A stretch of DNA of 64,000 nucleotides from NCBI GenBank assembly GCA_965277185.1, contig CBDICC010000009.1, positions 51,087 through 115,086 of the forward strand, read 5' to 3'. A program made the position numbers and the translations under genes. The notes under the pieces were generated by a model. The model was given only the letters and a program-made list of their open reading frames with translations. It was not told the origin of the DNA and ran no database searches. Of this stretch, positions 1-15,000 are shown piece by piece (the first letter of the stretch is position 1; every line of letters begins with the position of its first letter). The stretch comes from Cytophagales bacterium. Lineage in GTDB: Bacteria > Bacteroidota > Bacteroidia > Cytophagales > JAHDFW01.

Positions 1-4
1 AAAA

Positions 5-3000
5 TTAACGTATGATAAGAATTTTTCCACTAACATACTTTGGTCGATCATATTCTTCTTCCAATGCATTATATTCCATGGTCCATGGATATAATCCAGA
101 TGGCATGTCTTTACCAAGATATGTTCCATCCCAAACGTTATTTTTATTTTCAGAATAGAAGATGATTTCACCCCATCTATTAAAGATAGTTAATTTGAAA
201 TCTTTCTGATGCTTACAGAAAACATAGAAACAATTATCATTACAAATGATGTTATCATCTTCACTACACGTAGGATCACAAGCGGTACCGTCAGGTGAGA
301 AAGCCGTAGGCAAATGACATCTTGGTGGACAACGTTCTTCCACAAATACGGAATCCTCTGCCATACATCCATTCGAATCGATAATGGTAACATAATAAGT
401 CATTTCAACTGTTACATCAATAAACTGAGATGTGATCCCTAGTTCAGCCTTATCTTCATCATACCAAATATGTCCGGTAGGAGAGCCTGAAGAGGTTCCT
501 CCATCCAATGTGACAAATACATCAGACTCAGCACAGAAGACTGCCGAATCCTGAGCGAATGTTTCTGGTAAAGCATGGAATGGAAGATAAGCCGAATCAG
601 TTACGATACATTGCTCAATTCCATAAGTTAACTTATACCATCCTGAATCCAATCTGGAAGTCCATTTATGTGCGGAATCAGGAGCTAAAAATCCACTCCA
701 AGTGGAATCTTGCTTCAAGATGTTACCGCCATAGGTCCAAGTATAAATAGCACTATCTGTATTTCCTAAAACGGTATCGTTTTGTGGTACTCCATATAAA
801 TCAACTGCAAAACCATCACAAGTTGTATCAGGGAACACATCCAAAGTTGGAGGATTCAATTCATACAAATAAACCGAATCATCATTTTGGCATCCTAAAC
901 TATCCGTTATCGTTACGATAAACACTTGATCAATAGAATCATTTCCGATCCCAGATGCATTAAATGGATTTCCATTTCCAGTTTGACCAAGACCTCCAAC
1001 TTCTGCCCAAGCATATGTAATGAATCCAGTAGTAGCTTCTAGATTATAAGCGCCAAATTCACAAATTGATACGTCAATTCCCTCTACAATTGGTCTTGGT
1101 GCAACGAGTGTTGTGTCACTAATGAAACAACTTCCTGAAAGCCATTGCACGGAATGTACTCCTGATTGAATTACCTGATATACCGTATCGGTCGAAAGTC
1201 CTGGTGCAGGAGCTCCTTCATAATACCATTGCCATGTACCTTGGAATGGAGGGTCAGGAATCGTATTTACGTCAACCCCCGCACTGATACTTAAATTGTC
1301 GTCAAAACAATACAAGCTATCCATATCTAGAGTAGGAGGATCGATCACCTCTACATACATAGTATCAATTCTTTCACAACCATTTACATCCAAAATACCA
1401 AAGGCGAAGAATGTTGGATTAGGAACGGTGTTTACTGAATGACTAGCGCCAGTCGTAAGAACTAATCCGTTTTCATCATACCAAGTTAGCACATCTCCTG
1501 TACCAAGACTATCTATTCCATTCAGCTGAGTACCCGCATGTCGGCAGATTAATTGACTTGGTCCTGCATCTGGATTAGGAAGATCAGTGATGATAATTCC
1601 AATACTATCACAAACTGCTTGACATACGCCATTCCCATCACTACATACCGTTACAATAGCCGTACCAGGCTTCACAGACGCATCTGGAGTAAATTGAGTA
1701 GAAGTATCGGCTACGTTACCAAATATCCCATCATTTGAGCTCCAAATAATTCCAGTTGCGTTGCAATAGGTCGCATTAACTTCCAATCCATTTAGATCTG
1801 CGCAAATGTCACCAGCAGACAACGTTACAATTGGTGTTGGTTTGATCTCAACAATCATGGTATCCAAGATATTTTGACAATCACCTACATTCGTACTTTC
1901 TAAAATAAAAGTAAGGAAATTAGATGTTTTGGATGTTGGATCTGGAATATCACTTGGATCTAGAGTATATGTTGGATGTAAGGCAAATCGATTGCTGAAA
2001 TTAGCATTGTTACCTTCTATTGTACTCCATTGAACAGCTTTTACAATGTCATTAACAGAATCTGCAGATATTGTAAAGTTTCCAAAATCACCACAAATTA
2101 CCATGTCTGGACCTGCATCGATAGCTGGTCTAGGAGTTACAACTATATTATGCGTTTCAAAAACTTGATTACATTGACCATGTCCTGTTGATTCAAGCAC
2201 AAGCGTTGCGAGTCCGAATCCGATATCGTCGGTTCCAAGAGTATATGTAGTTACAAGGTTTGTAACATTACCAAACGAACCAGTCAAATCACTGCTCGTC
2301 CAAATACCTCCTGTAGCAATTAACACACTTCCTTCCACATTTATTGGACCTACATCGGCACAAACGGTATCTGGAGCCGTAATCGCAATTCTTGGTCGTG
2401 GTGTAATTTCCAAGATCAATGCGTCATTTACTTCATCACAACCATTTGAGTTTCCGATTGTTTCCAACGTTATGCCGACGTAATCCGTAATAAGATCTGT
2501 CACATTAATATCCGTAGAATCAATTGTATATAGCGGATTTAATGCAGTTGCATCGGTTCTACTAAATCCACATTGTGCGCAAACACCAGGTGAGGTCGCA
2601 GACCATAACTGGGTTGGAGAATTGGTTACAGTACCAATAAATGAAACTGTATCTTGATCTGCACATATTGTAAGGGTGTCATTTAACAGATTTAAAGTGC
2701 TATCAACTGTTACGGTAGGTCTTGGAAGAATTTGAACCATCATTGTATCCAAAACAGGATTACAACTTCCATTGTTTGTTGATTCAAGCACAAATGTGAT
2801 GAATCCACTGGTATCACCTCTTAATAGGTCGTCAGGTCCCAAGTCATATTCAATCATGCCAGAGAAAGAAGTATCGATTGCTCCAAGAGCATCTACAAAA
2901 GTTCCATCTCCGTCAGAAGTCCAATTTCCAGAACTAGTGGCTCCGATAATATAAGAATCCTTAATCGGACTAACAAAACTAATAGAGGTCTTGTCTTGAC

Positions 3001-6000
3001 AAATAGAACGATCATTTCCAGCAAATACGATTGGTACTTCTGTAACGGTAAGTTGAACTACATCCTGCACTGGATTACAATGACCATTATTAGTAGAAAC
3101 GAGTACAAAATTGATCAGATTTGTTGTTCCTGAAAGAACGGTGCCATCTATTGTGCCAAGTATATAATCCGTGATTAGAGTGAGACTATCTGGGGCCCAG
3201 GTTCCATCTCCTGATGAAGTCCAAGCTCCAGTTCCAGTAACAGTAACGCCTCCGGTTAAGCCATAAATTACAGCGTCAGCACAAATCGTATCGTCAAATC
3301 CTCCAGTGACAACCGGAATTGGTGTGATTATTACTTCAATTGTATCGTAGATCGTTAAGCAATTTCCTCCGCCGGTAGACTCAAGAACAAATGTAACAGT
3401 ACCTCTTGCCGTATCGGCATCTGTGAGCGTGTACATTACTAAATCTTGAGCAGGTGGGATTGGATTAAATTGATTAGGGTCTCCATTTAAGGTACTCCAT
3501 AATCCTCCAGTTGCGACAAGCACAGAGCCATTCAATTGGATGGTTCCAATATCTGCACAAACGGTATCTGTTGGTCCACCAGCTGATACAACTACGGCAG
3601 GTTCAAAAGTAATTTGAACGGTGTCAATATACGTTTTACATCCTGTAACCGTATCAGAAGCTGTTAAGATCATATTTATGGTAATAGACGAATCACCTGG
3701 ACAAGCAGGCACATAAGTAGCATTAAGCACAGAAGAATCTACAAAAGTACCGGCACCATCCGACGTCCATGCGAACGCGTTAGCAATTGTTGTATTTGCT
3801 GTAGTTAGGAATATACTATCTCCATTACAAGAACACACATTTTGAGGGAGTCCAGCGTCTACGGTAGGGGCATCTGTAAAATACATATTAAAGCTTTCAG
3901 AATACGTAAGACATTCTTCCGTTCCGGTAGTACTTGGTGTAAGTACAATTAAACTATCTGCTATGTCTTGTGGATCAGGTATGTAATGAGTAGTAAATAA
4001 ACTCGTATCTCTAAACATTCCTTGACCACTAGTTGTCCAACTTACTCCAGTAGCGTTTTGAACTAGAACGGATACTTGTACACTATCTATGTCTGCACAT
4101 ACCGTGGTATCCGCATTGTCAGTTACGGTTGGTACACATCGGACAAAAACATCTACAGAGTCGGTAACAGCATTACAATTGCCCGTTCCTGTACTAGTTA
4201 TATAAAGCCTCAAATCTCCACAAGAATCAACTTGATCAAAGTAATATTCCACGATCGTATCTGTATTTCCTAAACCAGGTGAGGATAGACTAACAAAGGT
4301 CCCTGTTCCTCCTGACCAGAAGACTCCTGCACCGGCTATATCAAAATCGATGGATCCACTTAAAGAGATAAATCCAGGTACGCCCGGTGCTTGTTCATAA
4401 CACGCTGTATCAGGTATTCCCGCATTTACAATAGGAGGATTGGTAATTGCAACGATGACTGAATCTACTCCTGGATTACATCCACGGTTGTCAAAGGTTG
4501 TTGTAATCGTAAGTACGACACCATTTGCAGAATCAGCTGAACTTAAGGTATAACATGTTGTATCACTCAAAGAATCTACAAATGTACCGGTACCAGATGA
4601 ACTCCATCGAATACTATCAGTAGTAACAACTGCATTTAAGCAAACCGTATTTTGATCACCACAAATCCCCTGATTAGGTCCTGCATTAGCAAATGGAGCA
4701 GGTATGATATTTAAAATAACGCTATCCACATACGCTTGACATAAACCGTTGTTTGTAGTGGTTAAGAAAAGCTTAACCGTCGCTAAGGCTGTATCGCCAG
4801 AAGCAGAATCTAATGTGTAAAAATCAGTATTCCCAGATCCATCTGTAAAACCGCCAGTTCCTTGGGTGGAACTGGTCCATACCGCGTCGTCCGGAGTCGA
4901 GCTTCCGTCATGAGTAACAAGACTTGTAAGTGTTACAACAGGGTTGTCTATACAAATTTCATCTACTGTAATATCTACGGTAGGAATCGGAGTGATTTCC
5001 AAATATATAGTATCAACAACCGGTACACATCCAGCAAAATCGTAAGAAGAATAACGAACGATAGCATATCCACTGTCAATATCATCTTGCACAAAATTAT
5101 AGGTTGTAGTATCTGCATTCACATCAGTAATGTGACCAGCTCCACTTATTATTTCCCAAAATACACTATCAGGAACATCGTTAGTAATGATACTTATTGG
5201 AATAGCAGATGTATCTGCGCAAACCGTAATAGTATCTGCTGATGTAACAATTGGTGGATGTGTAATGGTAATCTCCATTGTGTCAGATATCTCTGGACAG
5301 AACCCACTTCCATAGGTTGTAAGAATTAACGTTGCAGTAGTATCAACTCCGCCAGTGCGAATTGTATCCGGCACGTTGAAAATTGGATTAAAAATCACGC
5401 TATCATTTGGAGTAAACGTTCCTCCAATCGAATTTGTCCATACCGCTCCAGCAGACGCTGTTGTATCTACAGAAACACTCATTAACGGAATACTTAATAC
5501 ATCTGCACAAACCGTTGTATCATTTCCTGCAAATATTACAGGAGGAGGAGAGAAGTAGATCGTGGATGAATCACAATATGTTTTACAACCCGCATTTAGT
5601 CTTGTACATAATTTAATTACAACGGAATCAGCTGTTCCAACAGTATCTGCAGGAACGGGTTGATATTCATTGATCAATACAGTATTCCCAAAAGCAAATG
5701 ATCCACTGCCTGAATGTGACCAAGTTCCACCACCTGCGTTAGTAATGGTACCAACTAAACTTAAGGTGTCAAAAACAGCACATTGTGCAGCAGGAGTAGC
5801 AAAAACAGTAGGTACAGGATTGAATCGTATAACGATGCTATCCGTAACAGGAGAACATGATCCTCCAGCATTGGTTACATATAGTATTAATGAATCTATA
5901 CCTGTTGTATCCGCAGGGTCAAAAGTATAGGTCATAAACGTACTATCACTTTTGTAAATACTATCTATTCCAACTCCAATATCACCCACGCTGAATGTTC

Positions 6001-9000
6001 CATTTCCACCTGACCAAGTAACTCTGGTTGTGGTGTCAGAGAATGTATAGGCTCTTAGTGTAATGTCATCCGCATCTTTACATATTACTGTATCGACTGT
6101 CGTTACCGTAGGAACTGGAATTAAATTGACACGTAATGTGTCAAAATATCCTTTACACTGTCTATATGGATCCGCTGTTAATGTAAGTAAGAATGTTTCT
6201 GTAGTTATATCCACACCAGCAGGGGTATAATCGGTATTTGGTAGGATTGTGGAAGCAGGAACGGTATTGCCATCAAACATACCTCCACCGGCTGTAGTCC
6301 ACGTACCTGTATGCCCAGTAACACCATTGGTGTCAATACTTCCGATTAGATTAACTGCATTTCCAGGACTAGCACAAGCATTGGTGGCAGAAGCTGACAC
6401 AACTGGAGCTAGATATATACTGACATTCATGGTATCTGCAATCTCAGGACAGAGTGAACCGACCGTAGTAGTTAGAATTAGTTGGACACCACTAGAATCA
6501 ATATCATCCTGTGTTAAGGTATAACTTGCAGCCGTATCATTAACAGCAAAGGGTTCGGTAATTGGATTAACAAAGTTTCCATTGCCAGTAGTGGTCCATA
6601 GTACGGAAGTTACCGCTGTATTATGACCGGCATTTAGAGTAATCGTACCTGTATCACTACAAACAACTTGATCCGGACCAGCAGTTAACATAAATGGATC
6701 TGTATAATTAATGACGATTGTATCATAAATAATGGTACAAGTACCCGCATCTCTAGTTTCGGCTATAACCAAAACAGACTGGGTTGTTTTATCATTTGTT
6801 CCAAAATAATAATAGGTAGTATCGGCAAGTGAATCACTAAATGTACCATCACCTTTGGTTGACCATTCAATTCCACCTGCAATCGTATAATTAGCAGACA
6901 ATTGAACACTGTCATCGCTTGCACATAAAGCTGAATCTCCTATGTCTAAAGTTGGAGATGGAGTTAATGTGAGATTAAAGGTGTCACAATATACCTGACA
7001 TCTTCCGTTGCCAATATCCGCACAGAAAATATATTCTAAATTAGCGGTATCCCTATCAGCTTGAGAGAAGTACGTTTGAAATGTAATTGAACTGTCACCA
7101 TACGATGAATTAACGGAATCAGGGACGCCACTATAAGTCCAGTGTCCACTTGTAGCAACCGTAAGGTTAGAAGCTGATACAATGTACGATCCAATATCTG
7201 CACAATAGGTATCGGCAGGCGGTAGATCAAATGTTGGAACCGGAGTAATAATTAATGTCCGATCATCGGTATAAGTTTGACATCTCCCATTATTGATTGT
7301 AGCGACGGTGAGTAGTACCGTACCAACGGTATCATCTCCAATACCGGGAACGTAACAAGGGTCTAATGCAGAACTATCTACGAAGGTACCATCTCCGTTT
7401 GTTGTCCAAGCTACTCCACCAGGGACACTATTAACGGTGTCTCCAGCCAAACATACGGTGTCTTCATCTGCACATCGAGTGATATTAGCTCCCGCATAAA
7501 CTTCTGGAGCAGGAGTGATGTACGCAATAAATGAATCACAAACAGTTGGACATAATCCATTGTTTGCTGTACACCAATAAATAAGAGCAGAATCACTTAC
7601 AGCATCGACAGCAGATATCGTATAAGTGGTTGGCGTAGCAGAAGAATCAGCAAAAGGACCACCTCCACTAGAAATCCATTCCATCTGACCTGTGTAATTG
7701 GTTGTGTCAGAATCAATTCCAACTATAATCGTGTTTTCATCGATACAAACAATTTGAGTTGGACCGGCTTCCACAATTGGATCTGGTCTAATTTGTACTT
7801 GTATTGTGTCAAAAACATCTGCACATCCACCAGAACCTACGGTTTGTACGTAAACCTCAATGTTTCCAGGGACATCTGCTATATTTGGTGTAAAATATGT
7901 TGTGTCGGCCGCAGTTGTAGTAAATTCACTTCCTGCTCCTGTTCCATTGGTAGACCAAAGGACACCATTGGCATTTGTTCGAATGGCGATTAATTCAATT
8001 CCTGCTGCATCGAAACAAGCGGTAGCAGAACCAGCATTCACTGTTGGAAGCGGCGAGAATATAATCGACATAGTATCAGATAAAATAGCACAACCAGTTA
8101 ATGAGTCAGTAGTAGAGGCAATAACTTGAATAGTTCCAACAGCGGTATCAAGGGTGCTAGGTACATAAACCGAAGCAATAGATGTACTGTCATTTGCTTG
8201 CCAAGATCCAGTTCCTAATGCGCGCCAGATAATGCCTGTTGCATTGGTTATGGAACCAGCCATCGTAACTGAATTATCTGTTTTACATACGGTCTGGTCA
8301 GGTCCTGCTGTGATAGAAGGAGCTGGGTCCACGGTGATATTTACTATGTCTGAAACTGCATTACATAAACCATTATCTAGAGTAGTCAATGTCAATACAA
8401 TAATACCCGCAGAATCTGCTGTGAAATCAGATGTTAAGCTGTTCGGTAAAGCGATTGTTCCTTGTCCCGCTGTTGTCCAAATCGAATTTCCAGCTACGGT
8501 CATAGTTCCTGCCAATGTAGTTGCCGGTGCATCCGCACAGATTCGTTGATCCGGTCCTGCATAAACTGTAGGAGCTGGATTAATAGTAATGACTAATTGA
8601 TCCGTTACAGGATTACATGTACCAAAATCAGTAGAGGTCCAATCAAGCGTGACTGATCCATTTACATAATCCAATGAATCAAAGTGATAGGTTGAGTTAA
8701 TGCTTATACTATCCGGACTAAATGTTCCTCCGGTAGGGCTGCTCCAAACGCCTCCGCCTGCATTAGCAAAAGTTCCAGAGAGTTGAAGGAATCCAGAATC
8801 AGCACATATTGTATCAAATCCTCCTGCATCCATGATTGGAATAGGAGTTACGATTAACTGAACACTATCCTGGATCTCTTTACATGCTCCCACATTTATA
8901 TTCGTTAACGTTAACTTGATCGTGTCAGGAGTTGTAGGGCTAACGGTATTATGTGTGTAAGTGGTTCCCAAATCTGAACTGTCAGCAAAGACACCCGATA

Positions 9001-12000
9001 TATCGTCCGATGTCCAAATGCCATTTCCATAATTCACAGACCCAGTTAAAACGATATCTGCATCATCTCTACAAATAGTTTGATCTGGTCCAGCTTCCAT
9101 ACCTGGAGCCGGAGAGATATTTAAATCTAATTGCTCACTATAAGCATTACAAAGACCGTTACCAGTACTAGTTACGAAGAAACGAATGTCACCAATTAAG
9201 GTGTCTTGTGGATCTAAAATATATTCAAGATTATTTTGTGATGAATCAACCATGGTTCCGTGTCCGTTTGTAGTCCAAACTAGACCTGTTGCAAACTGTA
9301 CTAAAGCGCTAAAATTAACGGTATCAATATCAGCACATACGGTATCAAATGCAGGTGCAGTAATTACAGGGATCGGAGTAATGGTTAAATCCATACAATC
9401 CGAAACCAATGCACATAAACCATTACCGGTCGTTTGTATACAAAGCGTAAGAGGTTGATTGATTTGCATGGTATCGCTAGCAGAAGGAACAAACAACGTA
9501 TGCGTATCCGAAGGCATAAAGAACCCACTGTCATTTGATGATGTCCAATAACCGCCGGTTGCATTTACCACTGATCCTAATAAGTTATATCCTGACGTGT
9601 CCGCACATACAGTATCATCAGGACCTGCTAATGCAACAGGAACCGCTTGAAAAGAGATTAACATCGTATCGGTTTGAGGGACACATTGTCCTTCTAATCG
9701 GCTGGTTAGTATAACGGTAGCAAATCCAGAAGTTGAATCAGTTGCAGAACGGATGTAATCAGTTGCTAAATCTATATCATCAACAAATGTTCCTCCAGTT
9801 GGTAAAGTAGACCAAGTTCCACCGCCTGCGTATTGTACTGTCCCTGCAAGTAATATACTGTCACCAGTAGCACAGAGTGCTTGATCAGGACCGGCTCGAA
9901 CAATCACAGAAGGCGTGATGGTAAGCGTGAAAGTCCCAGAATCTGGATTACAAGTTCCGTTATCTGTAGTAACCCATTTAAAAACTACTATATTGTTAGT
10001 ATCATTCCCTGAGAATTGATAAATCGCGCCGTTCAAGTTGGTTTCGGTTCCAGCCATGAATGATCCTGGTCCGTTTTCGGTCCAGATCCCAGTTGTAGAG
10101 TTTTGCATAGTCGCTCCATTGATTGTAAAGCTTCCTGCATCTGCACAAAGAGTTGTGTCTGCTGGCACTGTAACTACAGGAGTAGGTAAAATAGTAAGCA
10201 ACATGGTATCAGCAATATTGTTACACTGTCCAGCTCCGGTGGTATTCAGATACATTTCCAATGTTAAATTACTGTCCACCGAAGTTGGATAATAATTAAT
10301 CAAACCTGTAGGTGAAGTGAATACTCCTCCCGCATCAAATACCGGCGGAGCACTAACAGAATTGGTAGTCCAAACACCTTGAGATGCAATTGTTATAGTT
10401 CCATTTAATCCATAAACTCCTTCATCATAACAAATGGTGTCGTCTGGTCCAGCATCAATCGTTGGAGCAGGAGTAATGGTTATGGTCATAGAATCTGTAG
10501 TTGGAGCACAAAGCCCGTTTCCAGTGGATGTTACATATACTTTTACAGAATCTGTTGTTCCAGGTACAGCAATATCACCAGCACACCAAGTATATACAGG
10601 AGTTAAAATATTTGCATTGTCAAATGCTCCAGATGGACCGTTACAACCACTTGTTGTAGTCCATGTTCCACCAGTAGCAGTAGTTACATTTCCAAAGAGT
10701 TGTAAAGTGTCTTGATCTGCACAAATGGTACGATCAATTCCTGCATCGATAACAACATTAGGGGTTAAAGTAACAACCATTGTATCACATTCTTGAGGGC
10801 AGAAAGTCTGGTTATTATTGCAAAGAACTAAGGATACAGTTCCATCTGTGTAGTTGTCATTGCTCATGCAATATCTATTTGGAGTTACCGTTCCAAATCC
10901 AAAATCAAATGAACCGACGACTTGTCCCAATAGTACATTCCAATAACCTGTACCACCGGCATTGGTAATACTCCCATTTAAATCTATACAAGCAATATCT
11001 GAACAAAGGGTGGTATCATTACCGGCAAACACAATTGGTCCAGGCAATATGGAAATCGTATCCTGATCACAGAATGAAGGACAAGAACCGATAGCACTAG
11101 TACACCAAGTTACTTCTACAAAACCATCTGTTTCGTTTGCTGCACTTGGAACAATATCAGTAACCTGAGCATTTGCGTCAACGATGCTTTGAACACCTTG
11201 TATAGTAGTCCAAGCTCCTATTCCAGACCCACTTGCCGAAATGGTTACAGGATAATCATTTGTACAAATCGTGTTGGGTGCAGAAACAATGGCTGTGGGT
11301 GCCCCTTGGAATGTAATTTGAATGCTGTCACAGTATATTCCACAACCTGAAAAGATTGGGTCTGTACCACAATATACTAGGTAAATTGATCCTCCAAGAC
11401 CAGCTCCGATTGTATCATTTGCAATGTCGATGTTATATTGGTTTCCAGTAAAGGTTCCATTTGCACCAGAGCCAAGAGACCAAGTCCCTTCATTTATATG
11501 TGTTGAAGTAGGAGATAAAGGGATGGTAGTAGCATCGGTACATACTGTAACATCTCCTCCTGCATTTACAGTTGGTGTAGGCATTACAATAAATGAATCG
11601 GTAGCACTTACATCATTGCAATAAGCTCCTCCCGTAGTATTTATCTTTACAAAATATTCTACTGGTATCGTATCTAAAGTAGTTGGATCTGGATTAAAAG
11701 TACTTATTGTATCATTGTTAGGAGAAAATACATCGCCCGGATTATTTCCAACCCAAGAAAAACCATAGGTTATTCCATCTCTAGGATCTGTTGTCAATGA
11801 TGCATTTAAGGCCATAGGTAATGCGTCGGTACAAATTGAATCGGCGACGGTAGTGGATATAATTGGTGCTTGTAAAATTTCAAGTCTTACCGTATCGGCA
11901 ACAGCCAAACAATTACCAGTATCTGTAGTCGTAGCAATAAATTCTACGAAACCATTTGTTATTTCCGTAGCAGTAGGAGTATAACAAACCGTATCGCTTG

Positions 12001-15000
12001 TACTGGATCCTCCTATAAAGGATCCGGCTACATCAAAGTTTGACCAAATCATAGTGGTAGATAAGGTCATTGATGATGCTAAACAAAGTTGGGTGTTATT
12101 TGAACAAGAAGTATCCGCGGGTCCTGCGAAAATTGTAGGACTAGGCGTATAATAAATCGTAGTTGAATCGAGGACAGCATTACAGTTACCGTTGCCAGTA
12201 GAGGTTAGATACATGCGAACACTATCTCCAGGAGTAGGTTGTCCATTGGTCCAACAAACAGAAGTGCTTAATGAATCTGGATCAACGATCGTAACATCTG
12301 CTGGTCTGTTCGTAGTCCATGTTGTTCCGGTTGCATTGGCAACGGAGCCAGTTACAATTCCGCATGGATTATTGGTACAAACATCAATTGTATTTCCTGC
12401 ATCTACAATAGGGGATGGCTCGAAATAGATATTCATGGTATCCTGAATTTCAAGACACAATCCAGAATTAGTTGTGGATAGAATTAAACTCATGGTTGTA
12501 CCGCCAACGCCGTATTCCGTGGCATTAGGTTGATATAGTCCAGCTTCGTTTGTACTATCTACTAACGGAGCAAAACTCCCACTAAAGTTACGCCATACGA
12601 CTCCACCGGAAACACCTGGATCATATGAACCTGCCAATGTTACATTTGGATTATTTACACAAGAAGTGTCATCCAATCCAGCATTTACTGTTGGGGCAGG
12701 AGTTACATAAATTTTCATTGAATCACATACCTCTAGGCAATTATTCAAAGCTGCACCATCGGTTGAACAAAGATTTAAGGTGACCGAATCAGTGGTAGTA
12801 GGTGTATAGCCAACACCAGTTAACGTGGTGGAGTTTGGAAGGAAAATTCCTGTCCCACCTGACCAAATTCCAGAAGAGGCTCCATCGCCTACACTACCAT
12901 TTAAAGTTACGGGGCGATTATTATCACATACGGTATCACTCGGACCTGCATCAACCAATGGAGCAGGAGTAGCTGAAACACAAACGGTGTCAGCAACAGA
13001 AGAACAAAATGTCGAAACATCTGACACTCTAAATTCTGCACACCAAGTGCTATCCGCCGGAGGTATTGGTAATGCTTGACCTGCCGCTACGGCAATTTGA
13101 GATGCGTCTGGGGAGTAAGTAGTACTTAAGGCATTACTTGAACCAAAAGATCCTTGTGTACCATATATATTTGTCCATTGAAAACTCAAAGCTCCACCTG
13201 CTCCACCACTTGTTGTATCTCCGGTAAAAGTTACATCTGGATTATTTGAGCAAACTATTTGATCGATTCCAACGGTAGCAGTAGGACTTGGTAGCACTGT
13301 AACTTGCATGCTATCGCATACGACCGGACAGGCGTCAAACAATGCCAATCGATAAATGCAAATTTCAAGTGTAAACGTATCTGTAAGAGTAGGAGTGCTG
13401 GTGAAACTTAATGTTTCATCAATTATTCCGGTAACATCCGTAAACGTACCTGCTGCAGGAGAAATCGTCCAAATTGGCTCTTGAATCTCACTAGTAATTC
13501 CATAATTACTATCGGCATTCATCACTAAATCGCTAGGGTTGTTTTCACATATTTGTTGATCTACACCAGCTTCCACAGTTGGAAGGGTAACAATCGTAAT
13601 ATTTGCCGTATCTGGAACAACCAAGCAATTTCCTACATTGGTTGGTGTCAAGATAAGAGAGACTTGTTGAAGCTGAGTAGGAAAGGAAGGTGTTTCTTCT
13701 GAACCAGGACAGTACTGAGATGTCAAATCTGTGATGTCTGTAATTACAGCGTTCACATCATTAACAGAAGCACCATTAACCACCACATTCCATTCTGTAC
13801 CGCTTCCTGGGAAATCACCTTGATTCGTAAATGCACCATTTAAATTTGCCAAGCAGTTTCCTGCACAAAGTAGAGAATAATCGAGCGGACCACAGCCATC
13901 ACATGCATCCACCAATGGTTCAGGTGTTACAGTTACTAGCAATGAGTCACATTCTTGGATACAACCTACTCCTGGATTGGGAACACAGAAGGCAACATCA
14001 TAAGTTGTATTAGATGTCATTCCAGCTGGATTATATGTAACTGTATAGCTACTTGAATCATTGGATTGCCATGAACCCGGCATATTCGTTGTCCAAAATA
14101 CGGATTGTCCGGTAGGCGTAGTAGTCCCTGTTAATGAGAAATCTGGATTGTTGAAACACACATTGAAATCTTCAGGAGCTGTGGCCGTTGCGGCAGTATT
14201 AATGATCAAAACCATGGTGTCCGCTTCCAGGGTGCAATACAAACCATTATTGGTAGATTCCCAAATTAGTGTGGCACTACCTGTAGAGGAATCGGTCGTT
14301 GTAGGAGTATACATTGTTGTAGCAAGTATACGGTCAGTAAATCCACTATGATCACCATTCATATTAGACCATTGTCCCGATCCGGTAGAAGACGTTGCGG
14401 CCAAGATGACATTGTAATTATTGTTACAAGTAGTGTCATCCGGTCCGGCACTAACAATTGGTGAAGGAATAACGATGATTTCAATGCTATCTACAGCTGG
14501 ATTACATAATGTAGATCCACCAGTACTGGTCCAGTACAACATAAGAGAACCACCTACTGTATCTCCAGGAGACAAGGTATATTGAGCGATTGAGTCTTGG
14601 GCCAATGTTGAAAACATGCCTGTTCCACCTGACCAAATAGCTCCAGTTGTGTTGGAATAGGTACCAGCTAGTTGAACAGTAAGATCATTTGCACAAACCG
14701 TATCTGACGGAGGTCCTGCATCTACGATTGGTTCTGGAGAGTATGTAATAATCAAAGTGTCAGCTACCGCATCACAACCTCGATTATCAGTTGTTCTAGC
14801 GATAAGTGTGACGGATCCAGCGGTAACTTCTGCCGCAGAAGGACAATAAGTTGTATTCAAAGTACCGATAGAATCAGTAGAGTCATTGACTGAAAATGTT
14901 CCTGTAAGTGGAGCATCTAACCAAATTATTCCACCTGCAATTTCAACAGAAGCGGCTAATTGAACGCAGCTATCATTCGCACAGGCAGAGGTGTCATTTC

